Shown: positions 1 through 12,209 of the stretch, one piece after another | Position numbering within the stretch: position 1 is the stretch's first letter | Layout of the letters: every line of letters starts with the position of its first letter | Notes under the pieces: generated by a model | Seen by the model: the letters and a program-made list of their open reading frames with translations, nothing else | Told to the model about the DNA's origin: nothing | Databases searched by the model: none | Program-made: the position numbers and the translations under genes | NCBI RefSeq assembly: GCF_001194135.2 | Contig: NC_068987.1 | Coordinates: forward strand, 49,784,925-49,834,732 | From: Octopus bimaculoides | Taxonomy: Eukaryota | DNA length: 49,808 nt | Reading direction: 5' to 3'

Positions 1-309
1 GCCAGTGGCACGTGAAAAGACATTCGAGCGAGTTCGTTGCCAGTCCCACTGGACTGGCTCCTATGCAGGTGGCACATAAAATACACCATTTCGAGCGTAG
101 CCGTTGCCAGTACCTCCTGACTGGCCTTCGTGCCGGTGGCATGTAAAAGCACCCTCTACACTCTTTGAGTGGTTGGCGTTAGGAAGGGCATCCAGCTGTA
201 GAAACTCTGCCAAATCAGATTGGAGCCTGGTGTAGCCATCTGGTTCACCAGTCCTCAGTCAAATCGTCCAACCCATGCTAGCATGGAAAGCGGACGTTAA
301 ACGATGAAC
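1..309 (+). mobile_element. RTE-LINE 3'-UTR-derived short element (family D)
   Basis: Ends ...ccaacccatgctagcatggaaagcggacgttaaacgatga, the 3' end shared with the RT-bearing copy at 1689. Confidence 0.75.
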
Positions 310-471
310 GATGATTATTTACAGAACTGTAAAATGTACAGCACTGCTTATCAAATCAGTCATCGCAAGTATTTTTAAAAAACAAAAATTGTCCTGTAAA
401 TGCATCTGTTTGTATATTTTGTTTCATCACATCAAACCTGATAAACATACATCTCATTTCTGTTTTTCTAG

Positions 472-637
472 GTGCACTTTTCCTGATGATTGGTTTCTGT
501 TTTCGTTTAAGCTCAATCCTTTTTGCTGCAATCTATTGGTATCTCTTTTTTTTGGACAAAACCAAATGGAATAACCATTCTTACCTCTACGGGCTCCATG
601 CAATTATGTTTATGGTTAGTGATGCTAACCATTACTG
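472..637 (+). CDS. GGCX: GGCX coding exon (human exon 4 equivalent); gene is 5'-partial in this window
   Basis: ctag|GT..TG|gtaagt; 166 nt; [56 protein letters not shown] matches the GGCX/HTTM motif [15 protein letters not shown]. Confidence 0.97.
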
Positions 638-665
638 GTAAGTCTGAACAACACCCTGATAACTG

Positions 666-702
<37 letters not shown>

Positions 703-1688
703 ATGCACGTGTGTATTATTGTTATCTTCATCATCATTTTAATGTCTAGATTTACATGCTCATCAGGGTTAGATGAGATTATGCAGTTATGTGGGTATTT
801 TGAAAATATCTCATGGAGTGACAAGCGTATAACTGCATAATTACAGGTTGCCGTTTGGCAAAGCATAACACCTGTTCAGCCACCTTGCCAGGGATGTGGC
901 AAAATCGTAGGACTGCTGCATAGTAGATTGTGAAGATGTAGCAGAAGAGCTCAACTAAGTCAGTAGTACTTCTTACAATGATGCTGAGCGAAGGAATACT
1001 AGATCAACAGTCAGGACCACCAAGCTCTATCAAGAAAGTAACTGCAACACATGCATAGGAGTGGCATCTATGGTTGTGTAATCTGTCAATGAAAGATTCA
1101 CTCTGATGCAAGCTTCCAATTCAAATTCATAATAACGGAATTGGATGGCAACAGAGAAATCCGCAAAAGCAGTGAAAATATATAAATGTTGGGGCATAGT
1201 TTTCCACAACATGATGTCTTTCTTGATGTTAACCGTCACCTGTTTCCAAGCTAGGTAATAATCCCCAGTCTATTTAACAATAAACAGCTCAGACATTGTT
1301 ACGCAGAGAGATGTCCCATACATAGTTATGCAGAGAGATGCTAGCATGGAAGGTGGACGTTAAACGATGGTGATGATGATAATGGAATGGAACAGTGCCG
1401 TTTAAATGAGCCTTTTGTGTACACCCAGTGAACACACACATACATACAAGCATGCACACATGCTTTCGTATATGCACGCGCACACACACACACACGCACA
1501 CACACACACACGGACACACACACACACACACACATCTTTAGTTTTTGTCTACCAATTTCACTCACAAGGTGTTGGTCAACCTTCAGCTACAGTACAGAAC
1601 ACCAGCCGACAGCATCTATACACAGGAACTAATTCCCTATGTGCTTCCAGTGCAAACTTCTTGAGCATACAGCCATGCCTGCACCTTT

Positions 1689-2628
1689 ATCATCATCATC
1701 ATCATCATCGCCGTTTAATGTTCGCTTTCCATGCTGGCATGGGTTGGATGGTTTGGCTGAAAACTGGCAAGCCAGGAGGCTGCACCAGGCTCCAATCTGA
1801 TTTGGAAAGGTTTCTACAGCTGGATGCCCTTCCTAATTCCAACCACACTGAGAGTGTAGTGGGTGCTTTTACGTGCCACTGGCATGGGAGCCAGTCAGGC
1901 GGCACTGGTATCAGCCATGCTCAAAAGGTGCGTTTTACATGCCAGTTAGGCACCACTGGCATTAGCTACAACTACAATTTCACTCGGTTCAACAGGTCTT
2001 CACAAGCATGGCATATTGCCCAATGATTGAAGGGTGCTTTTAAACTGGCCAGTTATGTGGCACTGGCATTGGCCACAACTATGATTTCACTTGGCTTGCC
2101 AGGTCTTCTCAAGCATAGTATTTCTTTAAAGGTCTCGGCTGCTTGTCATTACCTCTGTGAAAGCCAACATTCAAAGGTCGTGCTTCACCACCTCATCCCA
2201 TGTCTTTCTGGGTCTACCTCTTCCACAGGTTACCTCCACTGTTAGGGTGTGACACTTTTTCACACAGCTGTCCTCATCCATATGCATCACATGACCATAC
2301 CAGCGCAGTCGTCTCTCTTGTACACCACAACTGATGCTTCTTATGTCCAACTTTTCTCTCAAGGAACTTACACTTTATTGTGCATGCACACTGACATTAC
2401 ACATCTATTAGAGCATACTAGCTTCATTTCTTTCAAGCCTATACATGTCCTCAGCAGTCACAGCCCATGTTTCACTGCCATGCAGCATGGCTGTTTGCAT
2501 ACAGGCATCATACAGTCTGCCTTTCACTATGAGTGAGAGGCCCTTTGTTACCAGCAGAGGTAGAAGCTCTCTTAACTTTGCCCAGGCTATTCTTATTCTA
2601 GCAGCTATGCTTTCATAGCATCGACCCT
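1689..2628 (-). mobile_element. 5'-truncated RTE-clade LINE (RT C-terminus, 3' UTR, (ATG)n tail)
   Basis: Minus frames give ARIRIAWAKLRELLPLL..LHGSETW and RRLRWYGHV..GRGRPRKTW; runs into the N gap at 2629. Confidence 0.9.
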
Positions 2629-3681
2629 NNNNNNNNNNNNNNNNNNNNNNNNNNNNNNNNNNNNNNNNNNNNNNNNNNNNNNNNNNNNNNNNNNNNNNNN
2701 NNNNNNNNNNNNNNNNNNNNNNNNNNNNNNNNNNNNNNNNNNNNNNNNNNNNNNNNNNNNNNNNNNNNNNNNNNNNNNNNNNNNNNNNNNNNNNNNNNNN
2801 NNNNNNNNNNNNNNNNNNNNNNNNNNNNNNNNNNNNNNNNNNNNNNNNNNNNNNNNNNNNNNNNNNNNNNNNNNNNNNNNNNNNNNNNNNNNNNNNNNNN
2901 NNNNNNNNNNNNNNNNNNNNNNNNNNNNNNNNNNNNNNNNNNNNNNNNNNNNNNNNNNNNNNNNNNNNNNNNNNNNNNNNNNNNNNNNNNNNNNNNNNNN
3001 NNNNNNNNNNNNNNNATAGAACATTCATCTGATATATAAAAAGCAGCAGAAGACGTGTGATTAAGAAGTTTACTCCCCAACTGCATGGCTCAAGTTGGGA
3101 AGTAACTTGAGCCCACATACCCCACCTCTACCCACCTACCCCAACCCTCTGCCTACCCACATACCCTGCCTCAACCCCCACCCACAGCCTAACTTCCACC
3201 CCACTCATGCTTTTCCCACTTGCCTCCTCCACCTCCCAACACTATCACACCACACCACACTACACCATACCACACAACACACCACCATGCACACACCAGC
3301 ACTGACCAATTCCCATCCCCACATTTTCACACATACACACACGCACACATTAAGATCATCAGCCCTCTTTCACGCACATACATACTCTCTTACACACGTG
3401 CACCTTCGTTTTGGGATCACTACTATTTTGTTATCTCCCCTTTTTCTTAGCTCTCCTGTGTGACCCTTCTGTCATGATAGATCGCTAACCACTACGCACA
3501 TTTTTTTTCTCTCCTTGTTTCTTTGTATGTTCCCTTCAGTGGAAGAGCGNNNNNNNNNNTATAAACACATTCATGTTTGAATTTATACTTTGTAAATGAG
3601 ATAATATTGAAACTAGAAAAATTATATATTTTTAAATATAAGTTTTATTTATATACTTGCTATTGCTTCATTTTCTTGAAG

Positions 3682-3760
3682 GTCTGTTGATGGCTTTTTG
3701 AATCCCAAGATCAGAAATACTCATGTGCCATTATGGAATTATACAATATTGAGATTTCAG
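3682..3760 (+). CDS. GGCX: GGCX coding exon (exon 5 equivalent)
   Basis: gaag|G..CAG|gtattc; 79 nt; (W)[26 protein letters not shown]; phase fits both neighbours. Confidence 0.97.
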
Positions 3761-4202
3761 GTATTCCCATTTCTTACCAATATTTGAAGAACATCAAATT
3801 CTGTAGCTCTAAATTTAAATTATTATAATATTTATAATATACCTGTTTTTTGCTCAAGTCCTGCTAAAGTCAACTTTGATTTACAATGACACAGACCTGT
3901 TGCCAGACTTTGGTGCCTGGGGGTGTTTCAGAATATTCTGGATGGACTCTAATTTGTATTGCAGGAAAATTTTTGTAAACTGTATTTTCTAAATCTAAGG
4001 GTGCACCATTGAATAGAGAGGGGGCAGTGCCATCCAATGCATCCCCTAGCGGACGGGCATGCATTGATACAGAGATTATAAAATAAATAACAACACTAAT
4101 AAATTAAAGCTGACACTATCAACTATACTCCTCCTCAATAAAAAATAATAATTGTCCATTATTTACATTTGACGGATATTTGTCCTCATTTTGTTTGTTG
4201 TT

Positions 4203-4248
4203 AACACAACGTTTCGGCTGATGTACCCTCCAGCCTTCATCAGGTGTC
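4203..4248 (-). ncRNA. Minimal type I hammerhead ribozyme (intact core)
   Basis: GACAC-CUGAUGA-A-GGCUG(10 nt)CAGCC-GAA-ACGU-U/GUGUU: 5-bp stem I, 5-bp stem II, palindromic ACGU stem III. Confidence 0.85.
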
Positions 4249-4296
4249 TTGGGGAAATTTTCGAACCTGGGTTCTCATTCCTAAGGTAGTTTTAGA

Positions 4297-4332
<36 letters not shown>

Positions 4333-4547
4333 AATCACTGCTTGGAATCGAACTCAGAATCTTGGGGTTAGTAGCCCACGCTCTTAACCACTACGCCATA
4401 TGCCCGTTGGCATATGGTGTAGTGGTTAAGAGCACGGGCTACTAATCCCAAGTTCAATTCCAAGCAGTGATTTGAATAATAATAATAATAATAATAACAT
4501 CTAAAAATACCTTGGGAATGAGAACCCAGGTTCGAAAATTTCCCCAA

Positions 4548-4593
4548 GATACCTGATGAAGGCTGGAGGGTATATGAGCCGAAATGTTGTGTT
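4548..4593 (+). ncRNA. Mutated copy of the same hammerhead
   Basis: GAUAC-CUGAUGA-A-GGCUG..GAGCC-GAA-AUGU-U/GUGUU; stem II mismatch and ACGU changed to AUGU. Confidence 0.7.
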
Positions 4594-4816
4594 AACAACA
4601 AACAAGATGAGGACAAATATCCATCAAATGTAAATAATGTACATAATTCCTCATCTCTTAAATATAGAACTGAATAATTGTCCTTATTTCATTTTTGTAT
4701 TTGACTTATAAGATTCTTGATGTGAAATCATGTGTTGGAACAAATTTTGTTGACTTGGGTATCTTGGGAGAGTCAATATGCCAATAAGAAATACATTCAC
4801 CAGTTCTCTTTCACTT

Positions 4817-5165
4817 TATCATCTTCATCATCATCCTTTAGCATCTGTTTTCCATGCTGGTATGGGTTGGACAGTTTGACCAGCGTTGGCAAGCTGGAGA
4901 GCTGCTCCAGGTTCCAGTCTGATTTGGCTTTGTTTCTAAGGCTTGATGCTCTTTCTAATGCCAACCACTTTACAGTGTGTGCTGGGTGCTTTTAATGTGG
5001 CACTGGCACAAGCGCTATCATGTAGCACTGGCACATGAGATTTTTTTATGGTACCAGCACAGGACTCTTGCAAGCCAATCCTCTTCACCAGGGGGAGCGG
5101 CTTTAACACTTTTGTTGTGGAGGACAGGTCTTCTTGAGTACAGCAAGGCGCTAGGTATCTCAGTC
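4817..5165 (-). mobile_element. Family D RTE-tail element
   Basis: catcatcatcctttagcatctgttttccatgctggtatgggttggac..., similar to 1689..1900. Confidence 0.7.
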
Positions 5166-5515
5166 CTTTTATTATCATTAATCAACTAATTAATTATTTA
5201 ACCAATTTACTAATCAATCGTTTGATTAATTATTCAGTCAGTCAATATCAGCTTCATTCATTAGAGTTCATTTGTCCAAATCTGGTCCAGATCTGACACA
5301 GATTAATCAAACAATCAATTAGTGAATTGTTAAATGATTAACCATTTAACAATTTAGCTAGCTGACTTACAGTAATAAAAAAGTGAAATAGAATCAGTGT
5401 ATGTGTGTTTCTTATTGGCAAAATGATCCTCCCAAGATACAAACGTTGTCCTTAAGCTTGATTTTAAAATAATGTTATCAAAATTTTAATACTCAGAGAG
5501 GAATAGTTGTTTTTC

Positions 5516-5830
5516 ACCATCATCTTTTTTACATCCATGTTCCATGCTGGCATGGGTTGGATGGCTTTACAGGATACAACATGTCTAAGACTACATCAGG
5601 CTTCAATATCTGCTTTGGTATTGTTTCTACAGCTGGATGCCCTTCCGAACACCAACCACTTTACAGCATGTACTGGGTTGTTTTATTTTTTTTTTGGTGG
5701 GGGGTATAATTTCTGCATCAGCTCTAGTGAAGTCGCTATGCAGCTTGCAAGACTAAGATCCAAGTCCCCTTCGTTCATGCTTAACTGCAAGTCAGACCTG
5801 TTAAAACAGAGTCTATGATCAAAGACATTC
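5516..5830 (-). mobile_element. Family D RTE-tail element
   Basis: ccatgctggcatgggttggatgg...gtttctacagctggatgcccttcc. Confidence 0.65.
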
Positions 5831-6287
5831 CAACTATAATTATTCTATCTTATTTTTAAACATAGTGCATCTATGGTCACATTATTCAGTATGTCCTTCC
5901 CTTTTTAAAAAGTTAATATGTGATTTGAAGAATAATTTGATTGCTATTTCTAGCAGATCAAGTACCCACATAAAGTCTCTCTCATTAGCAGGAATAGTCA
6001 AGTACCAGGATAAAGATTTCTAGTATTTTGCTCTGATTCCTCCATTTATCAAGGTTGATCTACCTTTTGATAACTTTCAGACAAATGAAATAATATGAGT
6101 TTAATATCCCCTGTATTTTCTTTTACAAAACTTTGCTTCCTATCTCCTCAGTTAGTACTGAGTCTTCTTGGAGTAAAAAGTTACCTGTTGTAAATTTGTG
6201 TTTTGTGTTTTAGGATATTACTGCATGAATTTTTTCAATATGTCATTGTTAAACCATAATTCTAAGTTTGTCACTTTTTGTTACTAG

Positions 6288-6394
6288 AACTTTCTGGTGT
6301 ATTTTTTTGCTGGAATCAAGAAGATGACCCCAGAATGGCTTAGGGGTTATTCAATGAAGTCACTAAGTGAACACTGGGTGTTCATGCCTTTCAC
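6288..6394 (+). CDS. GGCX: GGCX coding exon (exon 6 equivalent) with the catalytic KK motif
   Basis: ctag|AAC..AC|gtaagt; 107 nt; NFLVYFFAGIKKMTPEWLRGYSMKSLSEHWVFMPF; AGIKK corresponds to human AGVK217K218. Confidence 0.97.
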
Positions 6395-6570
6395 GTAAGT
6401 TTAATTTTCCTTTTCTTTTTTCTCAACACTTACACATTGTTTAACCCTTTTGACTGCAACCTGCCTGAAACAACACTTGATTCTTTAATACTAATTTTCT
6501 ATTTTAAAATTATCTCAATTAAAACCGTCCATAAAAATTTCATGTTGGTTTATGTTCCAAACACCTGCTT

Positions 6571-6716
6571 AACCCATTTGATACAAAACTACCTGACACT
6601 GTCCTTTGTTTTATGATACAAACTTCCAGTTTTAAAGTGTGATCTAAATTATAATCTTCAATCGAAATTTCATGTTAATATATGATCCAAACACCAGCTT
6701 AATAATGAATGATATA
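6571..6716. mobile_element. piggyBac-like MITE family 1, 5' half (split by Tigger; 3' half at about 10325..10400)
   Basis: ttaa|cccatttgatac...caaacaccagcttaataatga; similar to copies at 12865, 28674, 28956. Confidence 0.65.
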
Positions 6717-7213
6717 CAGTGAACCTCTGCTTATTCATGGTTTGGCATTCGCAGTCCTGGTTATTCGCGGAATGAATAATTGTCCGTGGAACTACTGCAT
6801 ATTCATGGAATTGTAAATATCGCCTGCAATTTTTTATGATTTCTTTCGTAGCAATATATATTTTTTCACACTTTTTAAGGCTAAATTATTAATAATAATA
6901 TACCGTATTTGCCAGTTTACTGGACGCCCCTTCGCAGCTGAAGCTCCTTCTGATTAGAATAGCCACACACCACGTCGCTTGATTATTTTAGAAACAAGTA
7001 CACTGTAAGGTCTTGTATCTCTTATTCCTGCTATCAGTCAAAGCTTGCTAATTAGTATAGTGACATCTATGTATATTTCACACACACACACACAATCTCT
7101 CTCTCTCTCACTCTCTCTTGTATTTGTCTCTCAACAACAACCTCTCATATAAATACATAGTTGAAATTTATAGACAAACAAAAGACAAAGACAGGTATAT
7201 GAACAACAAGCAG

Positions 7214-7262
<49 letters not shown>

Positions 7263-7449
7263 GTGTATCACACCAGTATTACTTGGGCTTGTGATGGTAG
7301 ATCAAAATCATGTACAACACAAGACGGAACGTTAATTTTATAAGCGCTGTTTTTAAATCATCACTACATTTAATCATACACATTGTTATTTCAACAGAAT
7401 AATGTTTAAGATGAGCCAACACAGCCTCATTGAAATTAGGTTACTTGTT

Positions 7450-7495
<46 letters not shown>

Positions 7496-9590
7496 ACTCT
7501 CATTATTATTATTGTAGTATAGATTACTTACTGTATCTAGTGGTAATACAAGCTAAATTTTTCAAAAGCATGATTATTTTTAATCTCTGGTCAATCTCCC
7601 ATTGGTGCTATGCGCATATTGGATGCAAGGAAGATTTGTTTTATACGTTTTGGGGGGAAAAGTGCTTCCAGTACTATCTCGAGTGTTTTGTTGAGTGTTG
7701 TGTTTTTTGCAACGTGTTATTAAATCCCTAAGATGCCATCCAAATGCCCTACACCTTTTAAGGCTTCTGGCAGTGAACCTAAGTGCCAGAAAAAAGTTAT
7801 GATGCTCCATGAGAAGGAACTTCTGCTGGATTTGCTCCAGGAAAGTAAAATTTATGCTGCAGCAGATCATTGTTATGATGTCAGTGAAAGCACTATACGC
7901 TACATAAAGAAGAACGAGGTAGCGATCAGGTCTACCGTAGCAGTAAGTTTCTGTGAAAGTGCCAAAAGGATAACAACAATGAGAAATAAGCACTTGGTCA
8001 AGATGGACTCCCTTGGCATTGTGGATCAGTGACTGCAAGAAGAAAAACATCCCCTTAAGTAGTAACATCATCCATGAGAAAGCGCAGAAATTATACCAGC
8101 AGTTTGACAGTGGAGACAGAGCAGAAGGCATTGAAGAACTGCAACCAAGACCATTGACAGTACTGAAGCCCGAAGATTTTCAAGCCAGCAAGGGATGGTT
8201 TGACTGTTTCCAGAAACGATTTAAAATAAAGTGTGTTTCGCTGCATGGAGAGACAGCATCAGCCGACAAAGAAGCTGCCAAGAAGTACCTGGAGACCTTC
8301 AGGCAGATCATCGAGGATGAGGGATACGAACCAGAACAGATTTTTAGTATGGACAAGACTGGCTTGTTCTGGAAGAAGATGCTTTTCAGAATGTACATCA
8401 TGAAGGACGAAGCCAGAACCCCAGGATTTAAGGCACAGAAAGGCAGAGTGATGCTAATTATGTGTGGCAATGCTGCTGGCTTTACGATGAAACCAGGACT
8501 TATCTACAAGTCCATGAACCTGAGGACCTTCAAAAATAAGAATAAAAACCTGCTGCCTGTCCACTGGATGCACAACCCCAAGGCCTGGATTACCAAAAGT
8601 CTAACTTTGAATTGGTTGCACTAATGTTTCATCCCTCAAACCAAAGAATACCTCCAAAACGTATGTGTAGAATTCAAGGTGTTGCTTAATATGGATTTGA
8701 ATCATGAGGGAATCCAAGTCAAGTTCCTCCCTTCTAACACCATCTCCCTCATCCAGCCTATGGATCAAGGCATGATCCGTGCCTTCAAGGCACTTTACAC
8801 TCGGAACTCTCTCCAACATCTTGTGGATGCAATGAATTTGGACGAGAATTTCAAGTTAAAGGAGTACTGGCATAACTTCATGATTGCAACATGCTTGTCA
8901 GTCATCCATGCTGCTCTTAAAGATATGAAAACAGAAATCCTCATCGCATGCTGGAAGAAGGTGTGTTCAAGACTACGAGGGCTTCTCACCTGAAGATATT
9001 CAGCATGAGGCTGTCGACAATGTGGTGAAGCTGGTGAAGATACTTGGTGACAAAGGTTTAACAACATTACGCAAGATGTGGTCAACAACCTCATTGATGG
9101 CCACTCTGAAACCCTGACAAACGAAGATTTGTTGGAGTTAATGAAGTCTGCCAGTGAAGAGGAGGAGGAAGTGCCAGATCCAAAGGAAGAGGAGGTGGGC
9201 CTGACAATCAAACGTCTGTCCGACCTTTTAAGGACAGCAAAGGAATTGCAAGGGAAGGCGGAAGTATAGGATCCCTATATGGTTAGGTCTCTCCAATTTA
9301 AAAATGCCATCAATGTTGCCATGCAGACATATAAGACACTTCACTACCATTAAGAAATAACGATAGCAACTTCTCATCACAATGTTCCTCAAGCCCACCA
9401 AGAAAACCTTGCAGGAAGATACGACATCTCCTAAAACACCTGAAGTAGAGGCGTCTCCTGAAGAGCTTTAAATCTTCTTTGCTGTGCAGTCATTACCTTC
9501 GTTATTTTCATCATCATCGTCTTAAATCAATATCATTGATTATTGGTTGAGTAACCGTACATTTTACTTTATTTTTTAAATTATTATTAG

Positions 9591-9642
<52 letters not shown>

Positions 9643-10324
9643 AATTTGACAGGGATGATTCTTTCTTGTCTTGGGATTCACGGTCAAATGGCTGGGTGGA
9701 ATTGCGGGAAAAATTAAATAGATGTGTAGAATGATCCAGTGGTGATGCTGGGATTTGTATTTTTTCATAGCTCCCATGGTTACCGAGATAATCTACTATA
9801 ATAATACTCTTGTGTTTATGAATGAGAAAGGAAGGGGTGATAGATGAATAAGGAAGGAAGGGGTGATGTCATACTTGGTAGTGGGATGATGAAAATTGTA
9901 CGCTGAAAACATAAATCAAACAGTGTTTCAACTCTGTGTGAATATATGTGTGTGTACGTGTGCGCGCACAATGGCAGTGGGATGGTTCGTCTTTATTCAC
10001 TTAGTATTTGAATTTATTTTTTGATTTGGTTGAATCTTGGTTATATTTCTTTTTTTGTTGGTCAGTTATATTTAGCATTTTGACAGAAAAAAGTCATTCT
10101 AAAATTGTTTTTTAACATAAGCGTGCCCAACAAGTCAAATACTTACACAGAGCAGGTTTTACAGCCACATCATCCAAACTGACCGTTTTAGCTGTTAGTA
10201 TATATAGATATATATATATAATATTTTACATTATATTTTGATATTATAGGCATTTTTATGGACCACGTCTAATATTCACAGGTGCTTTGGGAATGTAACC
10301 CCAATGAATACCAGGTGACTACTG
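6717..10324 (+). mobile_element. pogo/Tigger-like DNA transposon, decayed full-length copy
   Basis: TA|cagtgaacctctgcttattcatgg ... ccaatgaataccaggtgactactg|TG imperfect TIRs; host MITE resumes at 10325. Confidence 0.8.
7733..9471 (+). pseudogene. Tigger/CENP-B-type (HTH + DDE_1) transposase pseudogene
   Basis: FQASKGWFDCFQKRF, LHGETASAD, QIFSMDKTGLFWKKM, FLPSNTISLIQPMDQGMIRAFKALY; frameshifts near 8010 and 8990, stop at 8622. Confidence 0.92.
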
Positions 10325-10932
10325 TGTTGCTAAATCTTCATTATTTTAAAAATTAATTGAAGCAAAGGCAGCATATTTCAAAAAATATGACAATAAAAGT
10401 GGGTAGTCCTTGATTTTGTTTTTAGGTGCTGTTTCCCCAATATCTTGTCTAGGGCAGATTTGTTACTTAAAAACTTTCACCTAGATATTGTTATTGCAGA
10501 AACTAGACTCAAAACCATTAACTATCAAATGACTAAGAAACATCAAATCAGTTTAGCACACTCCTGAGAAAATTTCTATTCCATAAAGTTGTAGCTGCCT
10601 CACCTGCTTAGTGTAGTAACTAAATTTTTCTTAACAAGCTGCATCCTATTCTCAAACTGAGGACCACATATTTAAAGTCTTAAATCTTAGGATAATATTC
10701 TCAGAAATAAATGATGATGGTCTCAGCATTGCTTTGCATGCTAAGCTCCTTCTGTGTCACACATGTGCTTCGGCAGAGCTCACTAGGGCTATTCAGTTAG
10801 AACAAGAATCTAGTTTTGATACATCACCCGTGACTCACTTTTTTGAATTTCATTTTTAATTTAAATGCAATTTATTTTAAAGAGCTATACCTCCTTCTTT
10901 ACTTTTGTTTATCAAATTAATCTAGAAACATA

Positions 10933-12209
10933 CAGAGGTTGGACAAAATAATGGAAACACCTAGCATTATAGCATCATAATTTTGAAATATCTATAAAAC
11001 CATCAAAAGCTTGTTTATTTTTATGTTTTTTGGTATATTATTAGTGTCGCTTAATATGTTTTGCTAAAATTGCTATTTCTTTTCAGATATCATCAGAAAA
11101 AGGCAATTACAATTCATTAAAATAACTGACCTATCAGACTTTCAAAGAGGTCAAATTGTTGGTGCTCGTATGGCAGGCACTAGCATAATGAAAACAGCCG
11201 AAATGTTTGGTTTATCAAGAAGTACTGTCTTGAAAGTAATGACAGCCTTTGAGAAAGAGGAGAAAAACCTCCTCGTCAAAACAAAACTCCGGAAGAAAAC
11301 CAAAACTTTCAGATAGGGATTGTTGGACTCTTACACGAATTGTTAGAAAAGATCACAAAAGTACAGCTCCCAAAATTACTGCAGAGCTTAATGACCACCT
11401 TGAAAACCCAGTTTTTGCAAAAACTGTTTGCCAGGAGCTGCACAAAGTTGGATTTCACGGGAGAGCTGCAATCAGAAAACCAATACTTTCAAAAACAAAC
11501 GTTGCAAAGCATTTAGTGTGGAGTAAAAACCTACAGAATTGGTCCCTAGAGCAGTGGAAGAATGTTATTTTCTGAGATGAATCATCCTTTACCTTATTTC
11601 CAACCACCAGCATGGTATACGTATGAAGACAGCCAAAAAAAGCATTTGACCCAGACTGCCTTCTTCCAACTGTTAAACATGGAGGAAGATCTGTGATGAT
11701 CTTGGTGGGGCTATATCTTGAAAATCCGCCAGCTCGATGGTTTCTCTTTGTGGCAGAATTAATAGTCAAGTCTATTTAAGCATTTTATCTGATCAAATTC
11801 ATCCTACGGTTGCAGAACTGTTCCAGATGGAAATGCAATCTTTCAGAATGATAATGTACCAATTCACACAGCTAAAGTTGTTACTGAATGGCACAAGGAA
11901 CATTCTAATGAAGTTGAACATCTTATCTGGCCACCACAGTCCTCTGATCTCAATATTATTGAACATTTATGGTGCATTTTAGAAAAACAAGTAAGGAGTC
12001 GATATCCTCCACCATCATCACTACGAGAACTGGAAACTGTTTTAGCTGAAGAATGGACAAAAATTCCTTTGGAAACAATTCAAACTTTGTACGAGTCCAT
12101 ACCTCATAGAATTCAAGCTGTAATTACTGCCAAAGGTGGACCTACGCCATATTAAAATTAATTTGTTTGAAATTTTTTAAGGTATTTCCATTATTTTGTC
12201 CGAACCCTG
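10933..12209 (+). mobile_element. Tc1-family transposon with DD36E spacing (Incomer-like)
   Basis: TA|cagaggttggacaaaataatggaaacacct ... aggtatttccattattttgtccgaaccctg|TA; 1277 bp. Confidence 0.95.
11122..12155 (+). pseudogene. DD36E transposase pseudogene
   Basis: (M>I)TDLSDFQRGQIVGARMAG..VIF*DESSFTLFPT..QNDNVPIHT..WPPQSSDLNIIEHLW..KGGPTPY*; D at 11850 and E at 11961 are 37 codons apart; several frameshifts and stops. Confidence 0.93.

Larger units (their letters stand above)
4158..4672. mobile_element. Head-to-head palindromic tRNA-SINE pair with Penelope-type hammerhead tail
   Basis: Arms 4158..4404 and 4409..4638 are reverse complements around cgtt; direct repeat aataattgtcc at 4147..4157 and 4673..4683; A box TGGCGTAGTGG and B box GTTCGATTCC in the head. 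Confidence 0.9.

Noticed and set aside
1406-2026. 206-aa ORF
   Set aside because: Runs through (CA)n, (CAT)n and the antisense strand of an RTE 3' UTR; low-complexity artefact.
2408-3118. ORFs containing long X runs (also at 20454, 21478, 35414, 37074)
   Set aside because: Kept open only by N gaps; the real parts are RTE fragments already listed.
3300-3549. Possible further Penelope-type 3' end (ends cagtggaagagcg)
   Set aside because: Cut by the gap at 3550; no complete motif is visible.
4335-4405. tRNA gene call
   Set aside because: A and B boxes and an anticodon-like arm are present, but there is no acceptor stem; it is a SINE head.
5197-5334. Imperfect 34-bp inverted repeat
   Set aside because: AT-rich, (aatc)-like low complexity; no TSD or second copy.
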